Shown here: piece after piece, positions 1-9,788 of the stretch
Position numbering within the stretch: the first letter of the stretch is position 1
How the letters are laid out: every line of letters begins with the position of its first letter
From: an uncultured Acidobacteriota bacterium
GTDB taxonomy: Bacteria; Acidobacteriota; Thermoanaerobaculia; Multivoradales; UBA5704
Assembly (NCBI GenBank): GCA_963770895.1
Contig: CAVYRF010000001.1
Coordinates: 1,536,001 to 1,600,000 of the forward strand
Reading direction: 5' to 3'
DNA length: 64,000 nt
Translations under genes and position numbers: made by a program
The notes under the pieces: generated by a model
What the model was told of the DNA's origin: nothing
Databases searched by the model: none
Seen by the model: only the letters and a program-made list of their open reading frames with translations

Positions 1-3000
1 TCAGCGACGGCTGGTCGACGGGGGTGCTCATCCAGGAGCTGGCGACGCTCTACCCGGTAATGGCCCGCGGGGAGGCGTCGCCCTTACCGGAGCTGTCGGT
101 CCAGTATGCCGATTTCGCCGTGTGGCAGCGACGTTGGCTCACCGGAGAGGTCATGGCGGCGGAGCTGGCGTACTGGCGGGAGCGCCTGGCCGGAGCTCCG
201 CAGGCGCTGGAGCTGCCCATGGATCGTCCGCGTCCGGCGGTGCAGACTTTCCGCGGCAGGACCCTGTTTCTCTCTCTTCCCACCCCGCTGGAGAGTCTGC
301 ACGAGCTGGCCCGCCGTCGGCGGGCGACCCTGTTCATGGTTCTCCTGGCCAGCGTCCAGACTCTGCTGGCCCGCCTCGCCGGCCAGTCCGACGTCTCCGT
401 GGGGACGCCCATCTCCGGCCGCAACCACGCCCAGACCGAGGGGCTGATCGGTTTCTTCGTCAACACGCTCGTGATGCGCTCGGACCTGGCGGACGAGCCG
501 GCCTTCGGAGCGTTGCTGGAGCGCGTGCGGGAGACCGCCCTGGAGGCCTATGCCCACCAGGACCTGCCGTTCGAGAAGCTGGTGGAGGAGGTGGCGCCGG
601 AGCGCAACCTGGGCCGGACGCCGCTGTTCCAGGTGATGCTCGTCCTCCAGAACGCCGCGTTAGCAGGCCTGGAGCTGCCGGATCTACGCCTGGAGCCTCT
701 GCCCGTGGACAGCGGCACGGCAAAGTTCGATCTCACCCTGAGCCTGGGCGAGCATCGCGGCGCCCTCGCGGGGTTCGCCGAGCACAATCGGGACCTCTTC
801 GATGCGACCACGGTCCGCCGCCTGCTGAGCCAACTGGACAACCTCCTTCAGTCGGCCCTGGCCGCGCCGGAAAGAAACGTCTTCGATCTGGAGCTGATGG
901 GAGCGGCCGAGCGCCTGCAGGTAGTGCAGGAGTGGAGCGGGGAGGATCTGGCCTACCCGCGGGAGCGCTGCGTCCACGAGCTGTTCGCGGAGCGGGCGGC
1001 GCTCCATCCGGAGGCCCTGGTGGTGTCGTTCCGGGACGAGGCCTGGAGCTATGGGGAGCTGGACCGCCGCTCGGCTCTCGTCGCGGAGCACTTGCGGAGC
1101 CTCGGGATCGGGCCGGAGGTGCCGGTGGGGCTGCTCACCGAGCGCTCGCTCGAGATGGTGGCCGGCGTGCTGGGAATCCTCAAGGCTGGCGGGGCATACG
1201 TGCCGCTGGACTCGTCCTTCCCGGCCGAACGGCTGGAGTGGATGCTGCGGGACACCGGCGCCCCGGTGGTGCTGGTCCAGGAGCGGCGGCTGGGGGATCT
1301 GCCGGCCGGCCCCTGGCGGGCCGTGAGCTTGGAGGGCCTCTGCCAAGGCTCCGAGATGGCTGCCACACCGGGACGGAGCCCTGGCGCGTCCCCGGACAAT
1401 CCGGCCTATGTCCTCTACACCTCGGGCTCGACGGGGGCGCCGAAGGGGGTGGTCGTGCCGCACCGGGCGGTGGTCCGCCTGGTGCGCGGCCGGGGCGACC
1501 TGTGCATCGGCGCCGACGAGGTCTGGCTCCAGCTCGCACCTCTGGCCTTCGACGCCTCGACGTTGGAGATCTGGGGGGCCCTGGCCAACGGCGGACGCCT
1601 GGAAGTCCTTGGACCCGACAAACCGACGATCGAGGAGCTCGGGCGGACGGTCGAGTCCACAGGCGTGACCTCCGTCTGGCTGACGGCGGGTCTCTTCCAC
1701 CAGGTCGCGGAGTCGGACCTGCGGCCCTGGCGGGGTCTGCGCAGGCTCCTGGCCGGGGGGGACGTGCTCTCTCCGGCCCACGTCCGGAGGGCCCTGGAAG
1801 AGCTGCCGGACTGCCGCGTGATCAACGGCTACGGCCCCACGGAGAACACCACCTTCACCTGCTGCCATGACCTGACGGCACCCTCCCAGTTGGAGGGTCC
1901 GGTGCCGATCGGCCGTCCGATCGCCAACACGCGGGTCCATCTGGTGGACCGCCGCGGCCATCCGGTGCCGCCCGGAGCCCCGGGCGAGCTGCTGACGGGA
2001 GGCGACGGCCTGGCCCGCGGCTATCACGGCCGGCCGGACCTCACGGCGGAGCTCTTCGTCCCCGATCCGTTCGCCGGGCAACCGGGAGAGCGGCTCTACC
2101 GCACGGGCGACCTGGCGCGCTGGCGGCCCGGCGGGGAGATCGAATTCCTCGGCCGGATCGACCAGCAGGTCAAGATCCGCGGCTTCCGCGTCGAGCCGGG
2201 GGAGATCGAGGCGGCGCTGGCAACCCTGCCCGGAGCTCGGGAGGTCGTCGTGGTGGCGCGTGAGGATAGGTCCGGTAACCAGCGGCTGGTCGCCTATGTG
2301 GTCGGGGACGTCGAGGCCGACTCGCTGCGCCGGTCCCTGCGAGAACGGCTGCCGGACTACATGGTGCCTGCCGTCTTCGTGACCCTCGATGCGCTGCCCC
2401 TCACCGCCAATGGCAAGGTCGACCGGAGAGCCCTGCCTGCGCCCGACGGGCCACCTGCCGGCGTCGGCGATCTGGCACCGCGGACACCCGTCGAAGAGAT
2501 CCTCGCAGGAATCTGGGCTGATGTCCTCGGCGTCGGACGGGTCGGAGTGAACGATCACTTTTTCGACCTGGGAGGACACTCGCTGCTGGCAACGCGTGTG
2601 ATGTCGCGTATGCGCGGCGCCTTCGGGGTCGAGATCCCGCTGCGCAGCCTCTTCGAGGCTCCGACGCTGGCGCATTTCGCAGCCCGGATCGAGGCGGCGC
2701 TCCAGGCCCGCGCGGCCGAGCTCGCACCGCCGCTGATTCCCATCCCGCGGACCGGGCCCCTGTCCCTGTCGTTCGGCCAGCAGCGCCTCTGGTTCATTGA
2801 CCAGCTCGCGCCGGGCAGCCCGCTCTACAACATTCCGGCGGTGTTGCGCGCCGAAGGGAGTCTGGACCCTCGGGTCCTGGCGCTCACCCTCGGTGAGATC
2901 GTGCGCCGTCATGAGGCCTTGCGCACGGTCTTCGCTGCGCCGGAAGGCTCACCGGTGCAGGTCATTCAACCCGAGACCCCCTTTCTACTGCACGTGGTGG

Positions 3001-6000
3001 ACCTCTCGGGGCTCCCGGAGAGCGCGCGCAAGCCGCTGGCCCACACCCTGGCCTGGGAAGAGGCCGTCCATCCCTTCGATCTCGCTCGCGGCCCCTTGCT
3101 GCGCGTGCTGCTGCTGCGGGTGGCGGAGGGAGACCATGTCGTTGTATTGACCATGCATCACATCGTCAGCGACGGCTGGTCGATGGGCATCCTGGTGGGA
3201 GAGCTGAGAGATCTCTACGAGGCGTTCGCCCAGGGCAGGCCGTCCACCTTGCCGGAGCTGCCGATCCAGTACGCCGATTTTGCGGTCTGGCAGCGGAGCT
3301 GGCTCCAGGGGGAGGCCCTGGAGGCGCAGCTCGATTATTGGAAACACCAGCTCCAGGGGGCGCCCACCGCTCTGGACCTCCCTCTCGACCACCCGCGCCC
3401 GGCGTTGCAGGGCCACCGCGGTGCGAAGCGCCTCGTCGCCCTCCCCGGCCTGCTTTCGGAGGCAATCGGACGCCTGTGCAGCCAGCGGGAGGTGACCCCC
3501 TTCATGACCCTGCTCGCCGCCTGGGCGGTCCTGCTGGGACGCCATGCGAGGCAGGACGACGTGCTCGTGGGCGCGCCGATCGCCGGCCGCAACCGGCGCG
3601 AGATCGAGGGACTGATCGGCTTTTTCGTCAACACGCTGGTGTTGCGTTCGGATCTGTCAGGAACCCCGAGCTTCCATGAGCTCCTGGACCGGGTTCGCCG
3701 CACGGCCCTCGACGCCTTCACCCATCAGGATCTTCCCTTCGAGCGGATCGTCGAGGAGGTCGTCGCCGAGCGGAACCAGGCGATCTCTCCGCTCTTCCAG
3801 GCGGTCTTCGCCCTGCAGAACGCCCCCCTGGAAGACCTGGAGATACCAGGGCTGGTGCTCTCGCCATTCGACGTGGATATGGGCATTGTGAAATTCGATC
3901 TCACCCTGACTCTGCGGGAGAGCCCGGCGGGTTTTGTGGGAGTGCTGGAGTACAACGCGGATCTGTTCGAGGTCAGCACGGTGGATCGCCTGCTGGCTCG
4001 CTTCGAGGCCCTCCTCGCAGCCGCGGTCCAGGAGCCATCCCTGCCCGTGGCGGATCTGCCGATCCTCCTGCTCGGAGAACGGCAGCAAATGCTCGTGGAG
4101 TGGAACGACACGCGCATCCCCCTCTTCCCAGCTGGTCTCCACGAGCTCGTCGAGGCCCAGGTCGACCGCTCTGCGGACACCGTGGCCGTCGTCGCCGGAG
4201 ACGAGTCCCTCACCTACCGCGAGCTGGATCTTCGCGCCGACCGTGTGGGCCATCACCTGCGCACGTTGGGGGTCGGCCCGGACGTCCTCGTCGGCCTCTG
4301 TGCCGAGCGCTCACCGGAGATGGTGATCGGCATGTTGGGCATCCTCAAGGCGGGAGGCGCCTACGTGCCCATCGATCCGGACAATCCCCCGGAGCGTTTC
4401 GCCTTTCTCCTCGCGGATTCAGGGGTCCGGGTGGTGCTGACGCAACGGCATCTGGCGGACCGGATTCCGGCCGCAGAGGTGTGTCTCGTCCTCTTGGACG
4501 GCGAGGTTAGGACCGCGGGCGCACGAGGCGAGAGGCCTCGCGGCGGGGCGCTGCCGGAGAGCCTCGCCTACGTCATCTACACCTCGGGCTCGACCGGCCG
4601 TCCCAAAGGGGTCCTGGTCCCGCACGCCGGTGTGGTGAACCGCCTCCTGTGGGCTCAAGACGCCTACCCGGTGACCGCCGCGGACCGGGTCCTGCACAAG
4701 GCCTCCTTCAGCTTCGATTTCTCGGTGTGGGAGTGCTTCGGACCGCTGATCGCGGGAGCCCGGCTGGTCCTCGCCCGCCCCGGAGAGCAGCGCGATCCCG
4801 CCCAACTGGTCCGCACCATCCGGGAACAGGAGATCACGCTCGTCCACTTCATCCCGTCCATGCTCCAGGTCTTCGTGGCCGAGGAAGGGGTCGAGGCGTG
4901 CACGAGCCTGCGCTATGTCTTCTCCGGCGGCGAGGCGCTTCCCGCGGAGCTTGCGGAGCGCTGCCTCGAGCGGCTGCCGGCGGTGCTGCGCAACCAGTAC
5001 GGCCCCACGGAGATCTCCATCGACACAACCGATTGGATCTGCCGGCCGGAGGACTCTCGCCGGGGCTTCGTCCCCCTGGGGCTTCCCCTCGCCAACACAG
5101 CCCTGTATGTCCTCGATCAGACCCTCTCTCCCATGCCGCCTGGGGTGGCTGGCGAGCTATGCGTGGGAGGCGCGGGAGTGACGCGAGGCTACTGGCAGCG
5201 GCCGGACCTCACCGCCGAAAAATTCGTCCCCGACCCCTTCTCCGGGCAGCGGAGCGCCCGGCTGTACCGGACCGGCGATCGAGCCCTCCGCCTGCTCGAC
5301 GGCAACGTCAAGTTCCTTGGCCGCATGGATCACCAGGTCAAGATCCGCGGCTTCCGGATCGAGCTCGGAGAGATCGAGGCGACGCTCGCAAGCCATCCCG
5401 CGGTGCGGGAGTGTGTGCTCCTCGTGCGCGAGGATACGCCAGCCTCGCGCCTCCTCGTCGCCTATGTCGTCCTGGAGCCGCAAGCGGAAATCCAGGAGCC
5501 GGGCTCAGACCTCCGCAGCTTCGTGGGCGAGCGGCTGCCCGGATACATGGTGCCGTCCGCCATCGTGGCTCTGGACGCCTTCCCCCTGTCGCCCAATGGC
5601 AAGTTGGACCGGCGGGCTCTGCCGGCTCCGCAGAGCACCCGGACGTCCCGGTCAAAGCGCCGGCGAGCGGCACGTCCGGTTGAAGAGAGCTATACGGCGC
5701 CGTCCAACCCGGTGGAGGAGCTGCTGGCGGGGATCTGGGGCGAGGTCCTGGGGATCCAGCGCGTCGGGATTCATGAGAGCTTCTTTGCTCTTGGCGGGCA
5801 CTCCCTGCTGGCGACGCAGGTGGTGTCGCGCGTCCGGAGCGTGCTCGGCGCGGAGCTGCCGCTGCGCCAGCTCTTTGAATCTCCGACCATCGCGAGCCTC
5901 GCCCGCATCCTGCAGAGCTCGGGGAGCACCGTCCAGGCGCCGCCCATCCTGCCAGTGCAGCGCGACCACGATCTGCCCCTCTCCTTTGCCCAGCAGCGGC

Positions 6001-9000
6001 TCTGGCTCGTGGATCAGATCGAGCCGGGCAACCTCGCGTACAACATGCCCCTGGCGCTGCGCCTGACCGGCGGGATCGCGCCCGGGCTGCTGCAGGGGAT
6101 CTTCTCCGAGATCGTCCGCCGGCATGAGGCGCTGCGGACCACGTTCGCGTCGCGCGACGGCTGGCCCGTGCAGGTGATCGCCCCGACGGGGCCGGTCGAG
6201 CTGCCGGTTCTCGACCTTTCCCATTTGCCGGAGAGCGAACGCGAGGCGCAGGCGCGGGATCTGGCGCTTTTCGAGGCCCAACGTCCCTTCGACCTCCGGG
6301 GCGGACCGTTGCTGCGCCTGCTCCTGGTGCGCCTGGCCGGGACGGACCACCTCCTGCTCCTGACCCTCCACCACATCGTCTCGGACGGCTGGTCCACGGG
6401 GGTGATGCTGCGCGAGATCGCGGCTCTTCACGAGGCCTTCTCGCAGGGGCGGCCTTCCCCTCTCGCCGACCTGCCGGTGCAGTACGCCGATTTCGCGGTC
6501 TGGCAGCGGAGCTGGCTGCAGGGCGAGGTCCTCGACGCGCAGCTCGCAGGCTGGAAGCGCCAACTCGCCGGGGCGCCGGCGGTGCTGGAGCTGCCTCTTG
6601 ACCGCCCGCGCCCGGCGATCCAGAGCTACCGCGGCGCGAGACGCCCGGTGGTCCTCTCCTCTCCTCTCTCGGAGGCGGTCGGGCGCCTGTGCCGCCAGCA
6701 AGGGGTGACCCCCTTCATGGCCCTGCTCGCCGCCTGGGCGGTCCTGCTGGGGCGCCACGCGGGAGAGGACGACGTGCTCGTCGGCGCGCCGATCGCCGGG
6801 CGGAACCGGCGGGAGATCGAAGACCTGATCGGGTTCTTCATCAACACTCTGGTGTTGCGCCTGGACCTTTCCGGAGCCCCGAGCCTCGCCGAGTTTCTGG
6901 GCCGGGCGCGCCGGACCGCCCTCGACGCTTTCGCCGGCCAGGACCTCCCTTTCGAGCGCCTGGTCGAAGACCTCGCCCCGGAGCGGTCCCTCGCCTACGC
7001 GCCGCTTTTCCAGGTGATGTTCGTCTTGCAGAACATGCCGGTCGGGGAGCTCGCCGTTCCGGGTCTTGCGATCTCCCCGCTCAACGTGGACGCAGGTCTC
7101 GCGAAATTCGATCTCTCTCTGAACCTGTTCGAGGGCCCGGAAGGGGTTATGGGGACGTTGACGTACGCCGTGGACCTCTTCGACGAGAGCACCGTGGAAC
7201 GGTTGATCGCTGGTTTCCAGACCCTCCTTGCCGCGATGGCCGCGGCCGATCCCGCCGCGCCGCTACACGACCTGGAGGTCCTGCCGGAAGCCGAGCGGCG
7301 GCAGCTCCTGGAGGGGTGGAGCGCCGAGGAGACGGGGGCCTCGGACCTCTCCCTCTACGAGCTGTTCGAACGCCAGGCCGAGCGGACGCCTGACGCCGTG
7401 GCGGTGATCTATGAAGAGGAGTCCTGGACCTACCGGGACCTGCTGCGCCGGAGCCGCGAGATCGCCGGCTTCCTCCGCGAGCAGGGGGTCGGTCCGGAAG
7501 ATCGCGTGGCGATCCTTGACCGGCGTTCGCCGGAGCGGCTCGCCCGGGTCCTGGGCGTGCTCGCTTCCGGAGCGGCGTTCGTGGCAATCGACCGCGAGCA
7601 GCCCCGGGCGCGCCGGGCGGAGGTCCTGGCCGACGTGGCGCCGGTGTGGGTCTTCCCCCCGCAGCCGCCACTCCCGGAAGAGGGAGAAGGGGAGGTGGAG
7701 GCGGGAGTGACCGTCCTCCCGGAGGTCGGCATCGGAGGCTCCCACGTGCCGTGCTCCTGCCAGGGACCCGCCTATGTGGTCTATACGTCCGGCTCCACCG
7801 GACGCCCCAAGGGCATCTTCGCCCATCACCGGGGCGCCGCCACCTACCTGGAGTGGATCGTCCGCAACTACGGCCTCTCGGAATCCGACGTGGCGTTGCA
7901 GCTCGCGCCTCTCACCTTCGACGCCTCCCTGCGCGACACGCTCGCGCCGCTGGCGGCAGGGGGGCGGATCGTGATCGTCCCGGATGACGTGGCGCGCGAT
8001 CCGGCGGCTCTCCTGGAACGAATGGCGGCGCACGGGGTCACCTGCCTGCCGAGCATCGTCCCTTCGCTGCTCCGCCTCCTGGTCGAGGAGGCGCTGGCCG
8101 CGGGCCGGAAGATCCCTTCGCTGCGCCTGCTGCTGGCGAGCGGCGAGAAGCTTCACGGCGCGGACGCCGCGGCGGTCCGGAGGGCCTTCGGCCCTCGGGT
8201 CTCGCTGGTCAACCAGTACGGAGCGAGCGAGACGACCATGACTTCGACCTGGTACGCGGCCACTGCGGACGACGAGGCCCGGCCGGCGCTGCCGGTGGGC
8301 CGGCCGGCCGCGTCCTCGCGGGTCTACCTGCTGGACCGGAGGCTCCGCCCCGTGCCGCTGGGCGCAGCCGGGGAGATCTGCTGCGGAGGTCCCGGCCTGA
8401 CGTATGGGTACCTTGGGCAACCGGACCGCACGGCCGAGGCCTTCATCCCCGATCCCTGGAGCGCCGTGGGCGAGCGGCTCTACCGGTCGGGAGACCGCGG
8501 CCGGTACCGTCCCGATGGCGTCCTGGAGCTGCTCGGACGCATCGATTTCCAGGTGAAGATCCGCGGTCAGCGCGTCGAGCCCGGGGAGGTCGAGGCCGTG
8601 CTGCGCAGCCATCCGGCCGTGCGGCAGGCGGTTGTGGAGGCCCGCGGAGAAGAGCAGCCACGCCTGGCGGCCTGGCTGGTGGCGCAGGGCGTGAGCGCCA
8701 ATGACCTCCGCGCTTTCCTGGCGGAGCGTCTCCCCGCTTCCATGATTCCTGCCGACTGGGTCTTCCTCGACGCCCTGCCGCTCACGCCACACAACAAGGT
8801 CGACCGCTCGCGCCTGCCGGAGCCCAGCCGCGAGCGCGCGGTGGCCGTCCAGGAGCCCCGCGACCGGACCGAGCTGCGGCTCGTCCGCCTGTGGGAAGAG
8901 GTCCTGGGCATCCAGCCGGTCGGGATCTCCGACAACTTCTTCACCCTCGGAGGTCACTCCCTGTCCGCCGTCCGCCTGATGGCCGGCATCCGTCGCCTCT

Positions 9001-9788
9001 TCGGCCGGGACCTCCCCCTCTCCGTGCTCTTCCGGAAGCCCACGGTCGAGGAGCTCGCCGACACCCTGCGGCAGGGCGGCCAGGATCTCCCTTGGTCCCC
9101 CCTGGTGGCGCTGACGCCGGGGCCCGCGGGCGAGATGCCTTGGCTCTTCATCCACGGCGGAGACGGGCACGCCCTCACCTTTGCCGATCTGGCCCGTACC
9201 TTGAGCGCGGCTGGTGAAGACCGGCCGGTCGTCGCCTTGGAGGCCCGCGGTCTCGCCGACGGGCAGACGCCGCTGGAGAGCATCGAAGACTTGGCGGAGG
9301 TCTACCTCAGCGCAATCCGGAAGGCCTGGCCAAGGGGCCCCTACCGGCTGCTGGGGTACTCCATGGGGGGCAAGGTCGCCTTCGAAATGGCCCGCCGGCT
9401 GGAGCAGGAGGGCGAAACCGTGGAGCCGCTGATCCTCCTGGACATTCCCGCCCTCCCGCGCCCCGAGTCGGTTCCGGATCTCGAGGTCCCCGAGGAGGTC
9501 CGCGCTCTGCCGGGCTTCGATCCCGAGCTGGCGGACCGCTACCTCGCCGTCTGGAGGGCGCACCTGAAAGCCTCCCATTCCTGGACGCCGGCGCCCTTCG
9601 GGGGCAAGGTCCGCCTCCTCGTGGCGGAGGGGGGAACCTATGCCGGGAACCCGGATCCGGCCCTCGGCTGGGGAGCCGTGGCCGGGGGAGGGGTCGAGGT
9701 CGCCTCAACCCCGGGAGATCACTTCAGCCTGCTCCGGCCGCCGCACGTCCAGATCCTCGTGGAGCGCTACTTGAAGAGGTGTCTATGA
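1..9788 (+). CDS. Non-ribosomal peptide synthetase, 5'-truncated: (C)-A-T-C-A-T-C-A-T-TE
   Basis: The frame is open from position 3 (SDGWSTG, end of an HHxxxDG motif). It has two further HHIVSDGWS motifs, three YTSGSTGxPKG A3 motifs, three GGHSL carrier motifs and a terminal GYSMGG thioesterase with a late GDH. By-eye pocket codes: A1 DALWLGGTFK (Val-type), A2 DFWHFGQIDK (Glu/Gln-like), A3 DARSLSQMTK (atypical). Confidence 0.97.
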   Translation, partial: SDGWSTGVLIQELATLYPVMARGEASPLPELSVQYADFAVWQRRWLTGEVMAAELAYWRERLAGAPQALELPMDRPRPAVQTFRGRTLFLSLPTPLESLHELARRRRATLFMVLLASVQTLLARLAGQSDVSVGTPISGRNHAQTEGLIGFFVNTLVMRSDLADEPAFGALLERVRETALEAYAHQDLPFEKLVEEVAPERNLGRTPLFQVMLVLQNAALAGLELPDLRLEPLPVDSGTAKFDLTLSLGEHRGALAGFAEHNRDLFDATTVRRLLSQLDNLLQSALAAPERNVFDLELMGAAERLQVVQEWSGEDLAYPRERCVHELFAERAALHPEALVVSFRDEAWSYGELDRRSALVAEHLRSLGIGPEVPVGLLTERSLEMVAGVLGILKAGGAYVPLDSSFPAERLEWMLRDTGAPVVLVQERRLGDLPAGPWRAVSLEGLCQGSEMAATPGRSPGASPDNPAYVLYTSGSTGAPKGVVVPHRAVVRLVRGRGDLCIGADEVWLQLAPLAFDASTLEIWGALANGGRLEVLGPDKPTIEELGRTVESTGVTSVWLTAGLFHQVAESDLRPWRGLRRLLAGGDVLSPAHVRRALEELPDCRVINGYGPTENTTFTCCHDLTAPSQLEGPVPIGRPIANTRVHLVDRRGHPVPPGAPGELLTGGDGLARGYHGRPDLTAELFVPDPFAGQPGERLYRTGDLARWRPGGEIEFLGRIDQQVKIRGFRVEPGEIEAALATLPGAREVVVVAREDRSGNQRLVAYVVGDVEADSLRRSLRERLPDYMVPAVFVTLDALPLTANGKVDRRALPAPDGPPAGVGDLAPRTPVEEILAGIWADVLGVGRVGVNDHFFDLGGHSLLATRVMSRMRGAFGVEIPLRSLFEAPTLAHFAARIEAALQARAAELAPPLIPIPRTGPLSLSFGQQRLWFIDQLAPGSPLYNIPAVLRAEGSLDPRVLALTLGEIVRRHEALRTVFAAPEGSPVQVIQPETPFLLHVVDLSGLPESARKPLAHTLAWEEAVHPFDLARGPLLRVLLLRVAEGDHVVVLTMHHIVSDGWSMGILVGELRDLYEAFAQGRPSTLPELPIQYADFAVWQRSWLQGEALEAQLDYWKHQLQGAPTALDLPLDHPRPALQGHRGAKRLVALPGLLSEAIGRLCSQREVTPFMTLLAAWAVLLGRHARQDDVLVGAPIAGRNRREIEGLIGFFVNTLVLRSDLSGTPSFHELLDRVRRTALDAFTHQDLPFERIVEEVVAERNQAISPLFQAVFALQNAPLEDLEIPGLVLSPFDVDMGIVKFDLTLTLRESPAGFVGVLEYNADLFEVSTVDRLLARFEALLAAAVQEPSLPVADLPILLLGERQQMLVEWNDTRIPLFPAGLHELVEAQVDRSADTVAVVAGDESLTYRELDLRADRVGHHLRTLGVGPDVLVGLCAERSPEMVIGMLGILKAGGAYVPIDPDNPPERFAFLLADSGVRVVLTQRHLADRIPAAEVCLVLLDGEVRTAGARGERPRGGALPESLAYVIYTSGSTGRPKGVLVPHAGVVNRLLWAQDAYPVTAADRVLHKASFSFDFSVWECFGPLIAGARLVLARPGEQRDPAQLVRTIREQEITLVHFIPSMLQVFVAEEGVEACTSLRYVFSGGEALPAELAERCLERLPAVLRNQYGPTEISIDTTDWICRPEDSRRGFVPLGLPLANTALYVLDQTLSPMPPGVAGELCVGGAGVTRGYWQRPDLTAEKFVPDPFSGQRSARLYRTGDRALRLLDGNVKFLGRMDHQVKIRGFRIELGEIEATLASHPAVRECVLLVREDTPASRLLVAYVVLEPQAEIQEPGSDLRSFVGERLPGYMVPSAIVALDAFPLSPNGKLDRRALPAPQSTRTSRSKRRRAARPVEESYTAPSNPVEELLAGIWGEVLGIQRVGIHESFFALGGHSLLATQVVSRVRSVLGAELPLRQLFESPTIASLARILQSSGSTVQAPPILPVQRDHDLPLSFAQQRLWLVDQIEPGNLAYNMPLALRLTGGIAPGLLQGIFSEIVRRHEALRTTFASRDGWPVQVIAPTGPVELPVLDLSHLPESEREAQARDLALFEAQRPFDLRGGPLLRLLLVRLAGTDHLLLLTLHHIVSDGWSTGVMLREIAALHEAFSQGRPSPLADLPVQYADFAVWQRSWLQGEVLDAQLAGWKRQLAGAPAVLELPLDRPRPAIQSYRGARRPVVLSSPLSEAVGRLCRQQGVTPFMALLAAWAVLLGRHAGEDDVLVGAPIAGRNRREIEDLIGFFINTLVLRLDLSGAPSLAEFLGRARRTALDAFAGQDLPFERLVEDLAPERSLAYAPLFQVMFVLQNMPVGELAVPGLAISPLNVDAGLAKFDLSLNLFEGPEGVMGTLTYAVDLFDESTVERLIAGFQTLLAAMAAADPAAPLHDLEVLPEAERRQLLEGWSAEETGASDLSLYELFERQAERTPDAVAVIYEEESWTYRDLLRRSREIAGFLREQGVGPEDRVAILDRRSPERLARVLGVLASGAAFVAIDREQPRARRAEVLADVAPVWVFPPQPPLPEEGEGEVEAGVTVLPEVGIGGSHVPCSCQGPAYVVYTSGSTGRPKGIFAHHRGAATYLEWIVRNYGLSESDVALQLAPLTFDASLRDTLAPLAAGGRIVIVPDDVARDPAALLERMAAHGVTCLPSIVPSLLRLLVEEALAAGRKIPSLRLLLASGEKLHGADAAAVRRAFGPRVSLVNQYGASETTMTSTWYAATADDEARPALPVGRPAASSRVYLLDRRLRPVPLGAAGEICCGGPGLTYGYLGQPDRTAEAFIPDPWSAVGERLYRSGDRGRYRPDGVLELLGRIDFQVKIRGQRVEPGEVEAVLRSHPAVRQAVVEARGEEQPRLAAWLVAQGVSANDLRAFLAERLPASMIPADWVFLDALPLTPHNKVDRSRLPEPSRERAVAVQEPRDRTELRLVRLWEEVLGIQPVGISDNFFTLGGHSLSAVRLMAGIRRLFGRDLPLSVLFRKPTVEELADTLRQGGQDLPWSPLVALTPGPAGEMPWLFIHGGDGHALTFADLARTLSAAGEDRPVVALEARGLADGQTPLESIEDLAEVYLSAIRKAWPRGPYRLLGYSMGGKVAFEMARRLEQEGETVEPLILLDIPALPRPESVPDLEVPEEVRALPGFDPELADRYLAVWRAHLKASHSWTPAPFGGKVRLLVAEGGTYAGNPDPALGWGAVAGGGVEVASTPGDHFSLLRPPHVQILVERYLKRCL
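3470..3760 (+). repeat. Intragenic near-duplicate of a C-domain segment (second copy at about 6684-6970)
   Basis: The DNA encoding 'TPFMxLLAAWAVLLGRHAxxDDVLVGAPIAGRNRREIExLIGFF' is nearly identical in C2 and C3, consistent with module duplication or gene conversion. Confidence 0.75.
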
